This document shows positions 33,714 through 44,411 of a stretch of DNA of 64,000 bases, in pieces. A program made the translations under genes and the position numbers. Below the pieces are notes generated by a model. It ran no database searches, had not been told where the DNA came from, and saw only the letters and a program-made list of their open reading frames with translations. The stretch covers positions 1,036 through 65,035 of IMG/VR virus record IMGVR_UViG_3300045988_067813; one strand, given 5' to 3'. Within the stretch, counting starts at the first letter, position 1. Each line of letters begins with the position of its first letter. This stretch comes from a virus.

Positions 33714-36700
33714 CTACCCTTTCTTTTGTACTTTGTAAGAGTTACTTGAAGCAGTAACAGCAGTGAATGTAGCTTCTACATAACCTTGCTCAACTCCACC
33801 TTTAGAGATTGAGATTCTAGCTGGCTCTGTACCTTGCAACTCAGCTAGGCTAAGTGCTTTACGATATTTAACCACTTCATTCTCATTCTCAGGTTCATAC
33901 ACAAGGTATGCTTTCACAGTAGAACCTGTATAGAAGAACTCTACATACACAAACTCATTGATAGAGTTTCTGTGTGAACCTTGAATCTCATCTCCAGTTG
34001 TACCAGAGGTGAATCCAACTTTACCTGCCACAGTAGTTTCTTCACCTCCGAATGGAGATTTAACCCTAGCTGATACATTACCACTAAGTACAAGCTCTTT
34101 AAACTGTACATCAGAAGCATCATAAACTAGGTTAATCACACCTTCACCTTGATTTAGGGCTATAGCTTTGACAGTCTTATCTAGTTCATATTCAAGCTCT
34201 GGTTTATTTTCAAGAGCTTCAACTCTACCTCTAAGAGCACTATCATCATAGGCTACTGATACAGTATCGTTGTCTGTGAATGAGACTTCTTTGTTATCAC
34301 CATTTACCATAGTGTAAGTCAACTTCACAGTATTACCTTCTCTAGATACACCTACGTTAGAGACAAAGTTATCAGTCTTACCTTCAAGAGCAGTAATCTT
34401 GTCACGCAACTCTTTATCATTATAGACTGTATCTTTATCCTCTTTAGTCTCAAGAGCTGTCAATCTAGCAGTCACAGCAGAGTCATCATAGATTGTATCC
34501 TTGTCAGGTTTAGCTTTAAGAGCTTCAACGTCTGTAGTCAAGGTGTTAATCTTGTTCTCATGCTCATCTACCATATTGTCAGTAGTAGCAATGCTATCTT
34601 TGTTAGCTTGGATAAGTTTCTTAACTTCTGTATCATCATACACAGTATCCTTATCAACCTTAGTCTCAAGGGCTGTAAGACGTTCCTTAAGTGGAGCATC
34701 ATCATATACTGTGTCTTTATCTTCTTTAGTTTCTAGGGCATTCAAGCGTTCTTTAATAGGTGCATCATTATAGATAGTGTCATTATCTGCTCTATTCTCA
34801 AGGTCTTGCACACGAGCTTTAAGGGCTGTATCGTCATAAGCGATTGCCTTAGTATCATTGTCATTGAACTCAAGATTAGTAGATGAACCATCAATGTTAG
34901 TGTAAGTAAGGGTAACTACATTACCTTGTCTTGTCACACTAGCACCAGTCAAGAATGATTTAGTCTTCTCTTTAAGAGCATTGATTTCTTCATCTTGTGA
35001 AGCATTCTTAGCTTTAACCACAGTATCATCATACTTAGGAAGCTCTACAGAGTTACCGTTAGAGATAGACAATGTGTGGTCAGTAAGGCTCAATGTTTGT
35101 TTATCATTGTCCTCTTTAGCTTCAATAGCTTGGAGACGTGTATCCAAACCTTGAACCTTAGTATCAGCATCAGCTTTGTTGTCTGTGATAGACTTAGCCA
35201 ATTCAGCATCTTTAGCTTTAAGAGCTTGGATTTCAGCATCTTGTGCATTATCCTTAATAGCCTGAGCACTTTCATCAGTAGTCACACGAGTAGTCAAAGC
35301 TTCAACTTTACCTTTAAGCTCAGTATCGTCATATACTGTATCTTTATCAGGCTTAGTTTCCAAAGCAGTAAGACGTTCTTTCACAGCAGTGTCATCATAA
35401 GCAAGAGTTACTGTATCAGAATCTTCAAACTCAACCTCTTTATTAGAACCATCAACATAACTATAAGTCAATTTGACTTTGTTACCTTCTTTGTTCACAG
35501 AGACACCAGATACGAAGTTATCTGTTTTAGCTTTGAGTGTGTTGATTTCATTAGTCAACTCTTGGTCTTTGTTAGCCAATTCTGTGTCTTTAGCCTTAAG
35601 CTCTTCCACATCAGCCTTCAAAGCACTGTCATCATATTTAGGAAGGGTAACTGCATTACCTCCACTGATTGACAATGTATGGTCATCAAGAGTAAGAGTT
35701 TGGTTATCATTATCAACCTTGTTTTCCAAGGCTGTAATCTTACCTTCAAGCTCTGTATTCTTAGCGTCTTGAGCTTCTTTGTTAGCAGTTACACGACCAG
35801 CAAGAGCAGTATCATCATATACAGTATCTTTGTCTGGTTTAACTTCCAAGGCTTGGATTCTGTTTTCTAACTCTGTATTCTTACCATCTTGTGCTTGTTT
35901 ATTCCCATCAACCTTAGTATCAAGGGCTGTAATAGAAGCAGTATTAGCTTGAATACCTTGCTTAACTTCTGTGTCATTGTAGATAGTATCTTTATCTTCC
36001 TTATCTTCTAAGGCTTTGATACGAGTCTTCAATGGTTCATCATCATAGGCAAGGGTAACAGTATCACTGTCCTCAAACTCTACTTCACTAGAAGAACCGT
36101 CCACACGAGAGTAAGTCAGTTTGACTTTACCAGCTTCCTTAGACACAGTAACATTATTGATAAAGTTGTCTGTTCTATTCTCAAGGGCTGTAATCTTCTC
36201 ATCTTGTGCTGTATTCTTAGCTTCAATCTCAGTAAGTTTGTTCTCAACTACTGGTTTAGCTTCTTCAAGAACATTCACACGAGCTGTAAGAGCAGTGTTT
36301 TTAGCATCAGCATCAGCTTTAGCTGTACCAAGTACCAAGGTAAGGGCATCAGCTTTAGAGTCTACATAGTTTTTAACTTGCTCTGTGTAGTCCATAGCTT
36401 GATTCAGACCATCACCTAAGTGATTGATAGCATCTTTCACAGCAGTGTCATCATACTGTGGTAGGTCAACTTCATTACCATTAGAGATAGACAATTTATG
36501 TCCATCAATAGCCAATGTCTGTTTGTCTGAGTCTTCCTTAGATTCCAAAGCCTTAACTCTTGTGTCAAGTCCTTGTGCTTTATGGTCAATCAAGTCAACT
36601 GTTTTACCAAGAGTTTCACCCAATGTTTCAAGAGCAGTTTCTACTTCTGCATCTTTCTTCTTAAGGGCTTCAATCTCAGCATCTTGTGAACCATCTTTCT

Positions 36701-37586
36701 CAGCTTGTGCTTTGGCTTTATCCTCAGCATCTTTAGCCAATTTATCAGTTCTATTTTCAATCTCAGTCACAGCATTGGTAATGTCTCCTACCTCTGTGTG
36801 GATTGCTTTAACTTCTTCCTCAAGACCACCATCTAAGAGTTTGAGTTGGTCATTGATTTCATTGATTGAGTTATCTAGTTCACTAGTCAACTCTTTCATG
36901 TCTTGAGAGTCTTTTTGTAAGTCTGCAATAGCCTTACCATGCTCTTCATCTAAGTGTTGCACAGACTCATTCAAGTCTTTCACAGACTCTCCTAAGTCAT
37001 CTAAAGCACCATCTTGACGTTCATTGTCTTTCTTAAGCTCAAGGACTTTAGCATCAATAAGGTCTACTGTTTTCTCAATAGTCTTACCTACAGCTTCAAG
37101 AGCATCATCTAATTGGTCATCATGAGCTTTAAGAGCTTCTAACTTAGTATCTTGCTCAGAGTCCTTAGCTTCAATAGCTGAGAGTTTAGCTTCATGCACA
37201 GCATCTTTAGCTTCCAAGGCAGATACTTTAGTATCCAACTCTTTATCTTTAGCTGTCAATGAATCCAATACTGCTTGGAATGAAGGAGAAGTAGTCACAG
37301 TGAACGTTACGTCACCATTCTCATTATGTACTTCTTTCTTCACAGTGATTAGACCTTCACCTACTACATCAATTACTTGCGGAGACAAGTCAATGGCATC
37401 ATAACCACTTCTGTCAGGACGTAGTACATAAGCACGTTTGTCTTGACCTGCATTGTCTTTAGGCACAAGGTAAATGAAATTAAGTTCAGCGGTCTCTTTT
37501 GGAGGAAGCTCACTTACAATCTTAACGATTGGGTCTTTCTTAAGAAGCTCTAGCAAGCAACCTAAACCAACTTTAACTTTTGTCAT
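33714..37586 (-). CDS. giant tail fibre (1290 aa), coiled-coil with reiterated modules
   Basis: Long heptad-like acidic/lysine coiled-coil. At least 10 ALE-x-K-x-DKDT(V/I)Y(D/N)D motifs, 3 QTL...LSISNGN-x-V-x-LP-x-YDD modules and 4-5 NFV-x-GV...GNKVKLTY...EVEFED-x-DT...AYDD modules. RBS is aaaggagaaactaaATG. Confidence 0.8.
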   Translation of the reverse strand: MTKVKVGLGCLLELLKKDPIVKIVSELPPKETAELNFIYLVPKDNAGQDKRAYVLRPDRSGYDAIDLSPQVIDVVGEGLITVKKEVHNENGDVTFTVTTSPSFQAVLDSLTAKDKELDTKVSALEAKDAVHEAKLSAIEAKDSEQDTKLEALKAHDDQLDDALEAVGKTIEKTVDLIDAKVLELKKDNERQDGALDDLGESVKDLNESVQHLDEEHGKAIADLQKDSQDMKELTSELDNSINEINDQLKLLDGGLEEEVKAIHTEVGDITNAVTEIENRTDKLAKDAEDKAKAQAEKDGSQDAEIEALKKKDAEVETALETLGETLGKTVDLIDHKAQGLDTRVKALESKEDSDKQTLAIDGHKLSISNGNEVDLPQYDDTAVKDAINHLGDGLNQAMDYTEQVKNYVDSKADALTLVLGTAKADADAKNTALTARVNVLEEAKPVVENKLTEIEAKNTAQDEKITALENRTDNFINNVTVSKEAGKVKLTYSRVDGSSSEVEFEDSDTVTLAYDDEPLKTRIKALEDKEDKDTIYNDTEVKQGIQANTASITALDTKVDGNKQAQDGKNTELENRIQALEVKPDKDTVYDDTALAGRVTANKEAQDAKNTELEGKITALENKVDNDNQTLTLDDHTLSISGGNAVTLPKYDDSALKADVEELKAKDTELANKDQELTNEINTLKAKTDNFVSGVSVNKEGNKVKLTYSYVDGSNKEVEFEDSDTVTLAYDDTAVKERLTALETKPDKDTVYDDTELKGKVEALTTRVTTDESAQAIKDNAQDAEIQALKAKDAELAKSITDNKADADTKVQGLDTRLQAIEAKEDNDKQTLSLTDHTLSISNGNSVELPKYDDTVVKAKNASQDEEINALKEKTKSFLTGASVTRQGNVVTLTYTNIDGSSTNLEFNDNDTKAIAYDDTALKARVQDLENRADNDTIYNDAPIKERLNALETKEDKDTVYDDAPLKERLTALETKVDKDTVYDDTEVKKLIQANKDSIATTDNMVDEHENKINTLTTDVEALKAKPDKDTIYDDSAVTARLTALETKEDKDTVYNDKELRDKITALEGKTDNFVSNVGVSREGNTVKLTYTMVNGDNKEVSFTDNDTVSVAYDDSALRGRVEALENKPELEYELDKTVKAIALNQGEGVINLVYDASDVQFKELVLSGNVSARVKSPFGGEETTVAGKVGFTSGTTGDEIQGSHRNSINEFVYVEFFYTGSTVKAYLVYEPENENEVVKYRKALSLAELQGTEPARISISKGGVEQGYVEATFTAVTASSNSYKVQKKG

Positions 37587-38551
37587 TTAGTTTCTCCTTT
37601 TTGGATTTTAATAATTCCATCTTTGTCCGTTGTGAATGTTCCATTAGTGTTCATCACACCCTCATTATCCACAAAATACCAACCATCTCTACCCTTCACA
37701 AAGGTGTTTGTTTGCATATCGCCATTAGCTGGGTCAAGGTAGTACCACTTATCTTTGTCTTTCAACCAACCAGTCTTCATAGCACCTTCTTCTTTGAAAT
37801 AATACCACTTACTAGCAATATTCTTCCAACCAGTTACCATTTCACCAGAGCTGTTAAACCAATACCAATAACCATCAGTGTGTTTTAACCAACGATTAGA
37901 GTACATATATCCACTACCATCAAAGTAGTACCATGTACCATCAATTTTCTTGAATTGATTCTTAGGATAAGTGCCATCAGCATATTCATACCAATAACCT
38001 GTGGTATTCTTTTTCCAACCCTCAGTACCACCAATACCATTCTCAATGTCTTTCTTGAATTGAGCTTTTGAAATTCCCCAACTCTCTAGGTAAGGGTAAG
38101 GGTCAACGTGGTCTGAATGGTTATCAGGTTGGTTATAAGTACAGTAGTAATGAGTTTTAATACCAGCTAAGTCATCAGTATCTAATGTTACTGGGATTCC
38201 ACCTTCTACTGCAAGTTCACGAAGAAGTGTTACATATAGTCTATAGTCAATATCAAATTCTTCTTGTGTTTTGTGACTCTCAATCAATTCCACAGAAGCG
38301 TAGGATTCAGCATTCCAACCTCCTCCAACGTCATAGCTTCCACGGTTAGTTTGAGCTGTTTGTAGCACTCTACCATTCCCTACAACGTGTGTAAAGAATC
38401 CTGAATCAATAGGTCTTCTTAGGTGGTAATCTGCTTCATTATCTACAGTGGAGTTTTTATTCCCTGTAGAGTGTGCATGAACTTGTCTATAAGGTGTAAC
38501 TCCTACTTGTGGAGTATCCCACCTAATCTTGTGTTTTTCAATCGTTACCAC
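37583..38551 (-). CDS. LytA-like N-acetylmuramoyl-L-alanine amidase with choline-binding repeats (endolysin)
   Basis: [42 protein letters not shown] and [17 protein letters not shown] are near-identical to blocks of pneumococcal LytA as I recall it. The C-terminus has six GW-x-K...WYYF-type repeats. GTG start with an AGGAG RBS. Confidence 0.9.
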   Translation of the reverse strand: MVTIEKHKIRWDTPQVGVTPYRQVHAHSTGNKNSTVDNEADYHLRRPIDSGFFTHVVGNGRVLQTAQTNRGSYDVGGGWNAESYASVELIESHKTQEEFDIDYRLYVTLLRELAVEGGIPVTLDTDDLAGIKTHYYCTYNQPDNHSDHVDPYPYLESWGISKAQFKKDIENGIGGTEGWKKNTTGYWYEYADGTYPKNQFKKIDGTWYYFDGSGYMYSNRWLKHTDGYWYWFNSSGEMVTGWKNIASKWYYFKEEGAMKTGWLKDKDKWYYLDPANGDMQTNTFVKGRDGWYFVDNEGVMNTNGTFTTDKDGIIKIQKGETK

Positions 38552-38879
38552 TAGATTTCTCCTTATTAAATAGTTCTTCTAGTTTACTATCCAATCCATG
38601 AATATAGTGATTACCTTGTAAGTTATCAAAGTATTCCTTCACAAGAGGTCTAGTCATTTCCCATTTCTCTTTTGCTGTGAACTCTGTTGAGTTATAAATC
38701 TGCAAGTATTCTGAGCGTAGGCTAGAGCGTTTAGCTCCCTTAGTAATTTCAATGAGCTGTTCTCTCTTACGATTTAAAAAGAATACTCCAAAACTACAAG
38801 CAGTCGTAATTAATAGAGTTAAACCTGTAACTACTGTTTGGTCTTCTAGGAGCTTTAATACAATACTATTATTACCCAT
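38538..38879 (-). CDS. single-TM membrane protein immediately upstream of the endolysin (holin candidate)
   Basis: TM segment [20 protein letters not shown] followed by a charged tail. Its 3' end overlaps the lysin start by 14 nt. ATG at 38879 follows GGTGG; an alternative GTG lies at 38888. Confidence 0.4.
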   Translation of the reverse strand: MGNNSIVLKLLEDQTVVTGLTLLITTACSFGVFFLNRKREQLIEITKGAKRSSLRSEYLQIYNSTEFTAKEKWEMTRPLVKEYFDNLQGNHYIHGLDSKLEELFNKEKSSGND

Positions 38880-39201
38880 ATAGACCACCTGTTTCTATTT
38901 CTAGGATTGGGTCTTCTCCACCTTCTGCAAGTTTCTCAAGGTCTTTAAGGATTTCCTCTTTACCTTTACCCACACAAGGCATCTCAATAACCTTTTCTTC
39001 TGGAGTAGGTGTTGGTGTAGGAGTTACTCCACTACCGTTACCTTTTCCATTGTCAAGGCTACAGTCAAAGTCAATTTGTATTCCATCACACTGACCATCT
39101 AATTGCTCACAAGTTGCTTTAGGAATCTGTGAATAACGTTTAGACCAGTCAATGTATGAAATACCACAGAGTTTATCTGCTTCATCTAATACATAGACCA
39201 T
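38872..39201 (-). CDS. hypothetical virion/lysis-region protein
   Basis: 109-aa ORF with C-x4-C-x-style cysteines (CEQLDGQCDGIQIDFDC) and a TPTPTPTP linker. Confidence 0.45.
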   Translation of the reverse strand: MVYVLDEADKLCGISYIDWSKRYSQIPKATCEQLDGQCDGIQIDFDCSLDNGKGNGSGVTPTPTPTPEEKVIEMPCVGKGKEEILKDLEKLAEGGEDPILEIETGGLYG

Positions 39202-39203
39202 GT

Positions 39204-40271
39204 TTACCTCACATAAACGTCAAAAGACGTTTTATCATTAGTTGTATATACTTTACCCTTAAATCCGAAGGGTGTGTTGTAAGTTCTGCCTATAATATCA
39301 CCATAAGTCTTAGGAGCTGACATGATTATATTACCATCACCATCAGACAAGAATCCATAGGCATTGAATCCCTTACCAGGAACTTGTACATTCTCAGGGA
39401 AAGAGCTTCCTGCTGAGTAAGTCCATTCATAGTTGGCTTCTTTTATACGACCTAGTGAAACAAACTGTGCTAGGGAATAGATTTTCTGTGTACCAGATTG
39501 GTCTATCCCATCAGTAGTTTTGTCTGTAAACCAGTCATAACCATTAGGTGTTTCATATTTCTTCTTCTCTTCCTTCTTAGTGGTAGAGTAGTCATCTAGC
39601 TTCTTCACACAAGAGATAGGTATATAAGCCACAGAGCCATCATACTTATCATAGATAAGCCATTCACCATTTATCTTACCTGTGACCTTGTTACACTTAT
39701 AGAATGTTTCTATCACAGTGCTGTCTCCAGGAGATTTAATTCCCTCAACTTTATCACAAGTAATCTCAAAGAAGTCTCTAGCAATAAACTTGTCAGTCTC
39801 TTTGGCATTACCTATTTTAGCACCATTGGCATCAGTAGGCTCATAGTTGTCTTGAGATTTGATACGAACTATTCTGAGGATTTCATTACCATAACCATAT
39901 ATAGCTCTTCTATGCTCCACAGTACAAGCCTTTTGGTAATGTTGCTCTATAATTAAGGCATTTGATAAGTCTCCCCCACCATACACAAAGACGTGACCAT
40001 AGCCACCATCTCCAGGCTCTTTATTAGTAGAGATTATATCTCCTACTTTAAGCTCCATACCTTCTGTATAAGGGATAACATCAGCAAAATCAGATATACC
40101 TTCTCCAGTACCAATTTCATTACCATTACCCCACAGTTCAAACCCAAACTGCTTTGATACATAAAGGGCTAAGTCCACACACTGATAAGGAGTGTCTGCA
40201 TCAGCAGGTCCACCATCATAATCAAGACATTGACCTACATATTGTTGGGCTATCTTATAAGCATTTGTCAT
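39204..40271 (-). CDS. CHAP-domain peptidoglycan hydrolase (tail-associated lysin candidate)
   Basis: N-terminal CHAP signature: catalytic Cys in PYQCVDLALYV and His in GYGHVFVY. Located in the tail module. Confidence 0.65.
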   Translation of the reverse strand: MTNAYKIAQQYVGQCLDYDGGPADADTPYQCVDLALYVSKQFGFELWGNGNEIGTGEGISDFADVIPYTEGMELKVGDIISTNKEPGDGGYGHVFVYGGGDLSNALIIEQHYQKACTVEHRRAIYGYGNEILRIVRIKSQDNYEPTDANGAKIGNAKETDKFIARDFFEITCDKVEGIKSPGDSTVIETFYKCNKVTGKINGEWLIYDKYDGSVAYIPISCVKKLDDYSTTKKEEKKKYETPNGYDWFTDKTTDGIDQSGTQKIYSLAQFVSLGRIKEANYEWTYSAGSSFPENVQVPGKGFNAYGFLSDGDGNIIMSAPKTYGDIIGRTYNTPFGFKGKVYTTNDKTSFDVYVR

Positions 40272-40282
40272 AATAATTATAC

Positions 40283-40567
40283 CTAAAATTCATCATCTAG
40301 TAAACTCAAACACAAGTGAGTAAGGTGTGTAAAATCATAGCTAAATTCCTCTTTATCAAGCTGAATTATGTTAGATTTTCTAAAGCAGATAACCTCTTTA
40401 TCCTCAATCCTTAATGAGAAATCATCAGAGTGAATGAACTCACGAGCACCACCAGCATCATTACTATAAATAAGCTGTCTCACAAACTGTTCTACAATGT
40501 CTTCTGCAAGGATTCTATTTCTCATTCTATGAACAAGGTCTTTTCTAATCTTCTTATTCTTGGGCAT
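40283..40567 (-). CDS. hypothetical protein
   Basis: 94-aa ORF in the tail module. Confidence 0.4.
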   Translation of the reverse strand: MPKNKKIRKDLVHRMRNRILAEDIVEQFVRQLIYSNDAGGAREFIHSDDFSLRIEDKEVICFRKSNIIQLDKEEFSYDFTHLTHLCLSLLDDEF

Positions 40568-40760
40568 CTACTTCCATCTCCTTCAATACTTGTTTCAGTT
40601 TATACTCTAACCAATATATTTCACCCTTTAGCTTTTCATTAGCTATCACAGATTGATAGTCTGTAGGGTGTTGTGCTAGGTGTCCTTCTAGCTTGTATTG
40701 TTTAGTCTCTCTGTGAACCTTTCTTAGCAAGGTGTTCTTATATGTACCATATAGGCTCAT
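40554..40760 (-). CDS. hypothetical protein
   Basis: 68-aa ORF in the tail module. Confidence 0.4.
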   Translation of the reverse strand: MSLYGTYKNTLLRKVHRETKQYKLEGHLAQHPTDYQSVIANEKLKGEIYWLEYKLKQVLKEMEVDAQE

Positions 40761-40768
40761 AGTTCCTC

Positions 40769-42022
40769 CTAGTTAATATGACTATATTTTAAGAAGTTTC
40801 TAAGGGTAATCTTAGCTTCACCTAGTGCATACACAGTGAATACCTTCTCACCAGCACTGAACAAAGCACTACGCTGTGAATCATTTAGATACCATGCAGA
40901 ATACATTAAGTCATAGCCTTCTAGTGGTTTGTTATTAGGGAAAATACCCTCTCCACTAGCATCATCACCAATCCAATTACAACCCCACTGTCTTCTAAAG
41001 ATTTCAGTAAGGTCAATCTCAGCAGTCTCTCCTGTATGCTCATTCTTAGCTGACACAGTTAAGTGAACGTCTGCAATAGGATTTACTTTTCCTCCATCAC
41101 AGCCACTCTTATTCTGCTCAACAATGAACTTTAAGAACCATCTTTGGAATCTATCCAAGTCTGATGGAACTAACACACGGAAGGAAGCTGATGATTGGTC
41201 TTTGTTAATTGGTACTACATCTTCTGGGTCTGGTTTATCATTGTCTGTGTTTCCACTACCATCACCCTCTAAAACATTCTTAATGAACTCATAGTGCTTC
41301 TTAGCAAACTCCACACGTTCTGCTGGTTTGTTGCCCTCTTGTCTTCCCCAATCTCGTAAGAATCTTAGAGTAAGCTCTTCAATGTCTCCATCACTAGAAG
41401 CTACCTCTTTTACAACGTTAGCTAGACCTTCTTCTGACAACATGAACTTAATCTGTGTACCAAATGAGAAAATACTTCTACGCTTGTCCTTCTTAGCAAA
41501 GTCATATAAGGCTTTAGTTCTCACACCAGTCCATTGACCTAAACCAATACCAATCCAGTGCTTACCATCTACTAGATAACCACTCTCATCAAGGGTTAGG
41601 TTTTTATATAAACTAGCAAAAGCTCCCCATGAGCCTAATAGTTTTTCTGCTGTGGGTTCATCTTCCATCAGCCCATACTTGTTATCTGTTAAATAGTCAT
41701 TCTCATAATGTTTAGCCTTAACTTCACTCTCAAGACCAAAGAATCCTACAATAGCAGAAGCTCCCTCTGGTTTAGTTCCAGGGATTTCTTTCTTAAGTGC
41801 TTTAACTAGTTTCTTGATACGTCCTTGAACATCTTTATCTTCACCATCATCATCTACTTCCTCCTTACCATAAGGAGCACAAGCCTTTGCAGTGTGGAAT
41901 GATGATACATAGTCAAGGGCATAGAGGTCAGTTACACCTCCACGTCTTTGTTTTGATTGCTGAATAACCCTAGCCTTAGTTCTAGCCACAGAGTTTACTA
42001 GCTTTACATAACTGTTTGACAT
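40769..42022 (-). CDS. tail protein with phage-tail-lysozyme-like domain
   Basis: GIGLGQWTGVRTKALYDFAKK resembles the G-x-x-Q-W-T...R motif of tail lysozyme domains, recalled from memory. Position is downstream of Dit/Tal. Confidence 0.45.
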   Translation of the reverse strand: MSNSYVKLVNSVARTKARVIQQSKQRRGGVTDLYALDYVSSFHTAKACAPYGKEEVDDDGEDKDVQGRIKKLVKALKKEIPGTKPEGASAIVGFFGLESEVKAKHYENDYLTDNKYGLMEDEPTAEKLLGSWGAFASLYKNLTLDESGYLVDGKHWIGIGLGQWTGVRTKALYDFAKKDKRRSIFSFGTQIKFMLSEEGLANVVKEVASSDGDIEELTLRFLRDWGRQEGNKPAERVEFAKKHYEFIKNVLEGDGSGNTDNDKPDPEDVVPINKDQSSASFRVLVPSDLDRFQRWFLKFIVEQNKSGCDGGKVNPIADVHLTVSAKNEHTGETAEIDLTEIFRRQWGCNWIGDDASGEGIFPNNKPLEGYDLMYSAWYLNDSQRSALFSAGEKVFTVYALGEAKITLRNFLKYSHIN

Positions 42023-42030
42023 ATTCCCTC

Positions 42031-43308
42031 CTACTGGTTCACAGTAATATCTCTATCACTGTACAAGAACTTGGATAGTTTTAGCTTTTGTAAGTGTGTA
42101 TTGCCTACATCATACTCATCAGTAATATGAGTAACATAGAACCAATCACTTTGCTTAAGAATCTTCTCATAATACTTGGTACAAGCAGTCAATTCCCACA
42201 CACCAGCATTAAGAGTAAACATTACCCTATCACCTACACCTAGAGTTCTAGGCTCTAAAGGCTCTATTGTAATGTCATAGGTAACTTTACGTCTAGAGTT
42301 AATTAAACGTCTTATAGCTGTCCTATAGAGCTGTTCTGTGGCTCTAAGCCTATCTGAATCTGTAATCTCTCTATTGTCATCAGCAATGGATTGTGTGTCA
42401 TTATCAGTCACAGTACCCCAATAAAGCTCTCCAGCTTCTAAAGCAATACCTTCTTCGTCCATTACAGCAAACTCATCACCAATAATTTCAGGAGCAAACA
42501 CAGGAAGCTGTGGGTAATCATAGTAGCGCTGAGAGTTTACTTTATTACCTGTCTTAATTACAGGGAAACCTTTTAACATGAACTTAGGGTTATGGAAAAT
42601 ATCTCTAAGAGTAAGGGAACTAGCTCCACTATCAGATTTATCTGACATGGCTACAGCTATATTCACAGTATCTTCATAGTTTTCCTCTACCTCATTTAAA
42701 GCAATCAGCTTTGTGTGTTCATTGATTAGTACATCTCTCTTATGACCAAAGATACCAAACTGAATTAGATAAGGGTCTTGTCTACTAACTCTCCAATAGA
42801 GAGCTGTAGTCTTCTCACACACCTTAGTTAAGAACTCTAGGAAAGTCTCATTAGAAAACTCATACTCAATCAAGTTCTTCTCAGCATAGTCATCTAGGTA
42901 CTCAATCTTGAAATCATTTAGTAGGTCATCTTTGTGTTGTTCACCCTTCCAATAACCCATAGCTTGTTCCACAGCAGATACCACAGACCTAGCTTTTACT
43001 GTTACGTTTGTAGGAAGAGTTCTTTTACCTAATCTACCAATTATATGAGAGGTATCTACATTCACAGTCATATTAGTAAAGTCATTTACCTTATTACCTA
43101 CATAACCTCTATATTCCCAATCATCAGTCTTAATAATGATATGAGTGTTACCATTCATCATCTTACCATATCTGATAGGAAGTGTGAGCTTAATAGAAGG
43201 AACTTCCATAAGGGAGAACTCTACTGAGATTCCCCCTAAGAAGTCATCTTTGGCTATAATTGCTGAACCTAGTCCAGAGCTTACTGAATTTTCAATATAA
43301 CCAATCAT
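42031..43308 (-). CDS. Tal-like baseplate/tail-tip protein
   Basis: 425-aa ORF, second gene after the tape measure (positional call). ATGA-type overlap with the upstream gene. Confidence 0.4.
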   Translation of the reverse strand: MIGYIENSVSSGLGSAIIAKDDFLGGISVEFSLMEVPSIKLTLPIRYGKMMNGNTHIIIKTDDWEYRGYVGNKVNDFTNMTVNVDTSHIIGRLGKRTLPTNVTVKARSVVSAVEQAMGYWKGEQHKDDLLNDFKIEYLDDYAEKNLIEYEFSNETFLEFLTKVCEKTTALYWRVSRQDPYLIQFGIFGHKRDVLINEHTKLIALNEVEENYEDTVNIAVAMSDKSDSGASSLTLRDIFHNPKFMLKGFPVIKTGNKVNSQRYYDYPQLPVFAPEIIGDEFAVMDEEGIALEAGELYWGTVTDNDTQSIADDNREITDSDRLRATEQLYRTAIRRLINSRRKVTYDITIEPLEPRTLGVGDRVMFTLNAGVWELTACTKYYEKILKQSDWFYVTHITDEYDVGNTHLQKLKLSKFLYSDRDITVNQ

Positions 43309-44411
43309 ACTGTTACACCCTCATAATCAATAAAGATACAAGCATTTTCACTTTCTACACCACTAACTGACACTGTATTGACTCCCTTCTTGATATAAGG
43401 TGTTTCAGCACAGAGAGTAAGTACAGAGAGGGAAACTTCTTTATAGCTGAACTCTATACATTCCCAAGACTTAGCATATCTGATTTCTCCTTTATAATTA
43501 GCTGTAAGAACTCCATTGTACTCACCACTAATCTTGAAGTCAACATCATTTATTCTAACCACAGGGTCTTTAAACTGACCATCTAAGGCAAAGCTCCACT
43601 TATGACTGTCTAGCACAGTATCAGAGATAAAGCTACCATTCAAGACCTCATGCACACAGTTATCACAGATTGCATGTTTATAGAAGTCCTTAAGGGATTG
43701 ATTGCATTTACCTTTTGAGCAGTTATAGACTATTCTCCATTTAGAGTTACACTCTTCAAAGAAGTCATTCATGAACTCTACATTGGCTTGTGCTGTACAC
43801 AGGTCAATCATATCGTCCATATCCCTACAGTCTTGCTCACAGCACTCACAGATATTATTACAATTAGGTAGACCATTACAGCAATGTCTTGACTTGGCTA
43901 CACAACTAGCTTTCATATCTAGGAAGTCACAGTTATCAAAAGGTTCAAGGAAGGTCTTGGCTTCATCAGCCTTATACCACACACCATCAGGGTTATCAAA
44001 CTCAACTTTAAACACAAGGTAGTCATCATCAGTGATTATCCACTCTTTTTTAGGCTGAATACTTGTAACATAGGCATTACACCACACGAGTTGTAGCCCT
44101 GTGTTCACAGCCCATAGCTTTCCAGGAGTGAAGAGCTGTTCAATGATAAAGTCATAGTGTGCTTGTATATGTTCCTCTGACCAATTATGAGTTCTTAATG
44201 CAATTTTAAGTGAGATAGAGTTACTATCTACTAATGATTTAGACCCAATATTTCCAACATAAGACCCATTGGTAAAAGTGCGTGAGGTTTTACTCTCACG
44301 CAAGCTAATACTCTCTGTCTGTTCATCAATAGATTTTCTACCAAGGAACACTAGGTCATTGAATTGGATATATCGTTTGGGCTTTGAGAAATTTTCATCA
44401 CACGCAAACAT
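43305..44411 (-). CDS. Dit-like distal tail protein with Cys-rich insertion
   Basis: Immediately follows the tape measure (TAATG overlap). The central segment CCNGLPNCNNICECCEQDCRDMDDMIDLC...CNSKWRIVYNCSKGKCN...CDNC is very cysteine-dense. Confidence 0.45.
   Translation of the reverse strand: MFACDENFSKPKRYIQFNDLVFLGRKSIDEQTESISLRESKTSRTFTNGSYVGNIGSKSLVDSNSISLKIALRTHNWSEEHIQAHYDFIIEQLFTPGKLWAVNTGLQLVWCNAYVTSIQPKKEWIITDDDYLVFKVEFDNPDGVWYKADEAKTFLEPFDNCDFLDMKASCVAKSRHCCNGLPNCNNICECCEQDCRDMDDMIDLCTAQANVEFMNDFFEECNSKWRIVYNCSKGKCNQSLKDFYKHAICDNCVHEVLNGSFISDTVLDSHKWSFALDGQFKDPVVRINDVDFKISGEYNGVLTANYKGEIRYAKSWECIEFSYKEVSLSVLTLCAETPYIKKGVNTVSVSGVESENACIFIDYEGVTV

Noticed and set aside
33941-37888. 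Plus-strand ORFs inside the giant fibre and endolysin genes (34501-34773, 35076-35672, 35473-35772, 35679-35870, 36121-36369, 36204-36419, 36424-36906, 37580-37888), plus minus-strand alternative-frame ORFs (33941-34123, 35090-35275).
   Set aside because: They are antisense or out-of-frame shadows of a long repetitive coding sequence. Their translations are Ser/Leu/Phe-rich low complexity with no RBS, and the fibre frame is clearly the real one.
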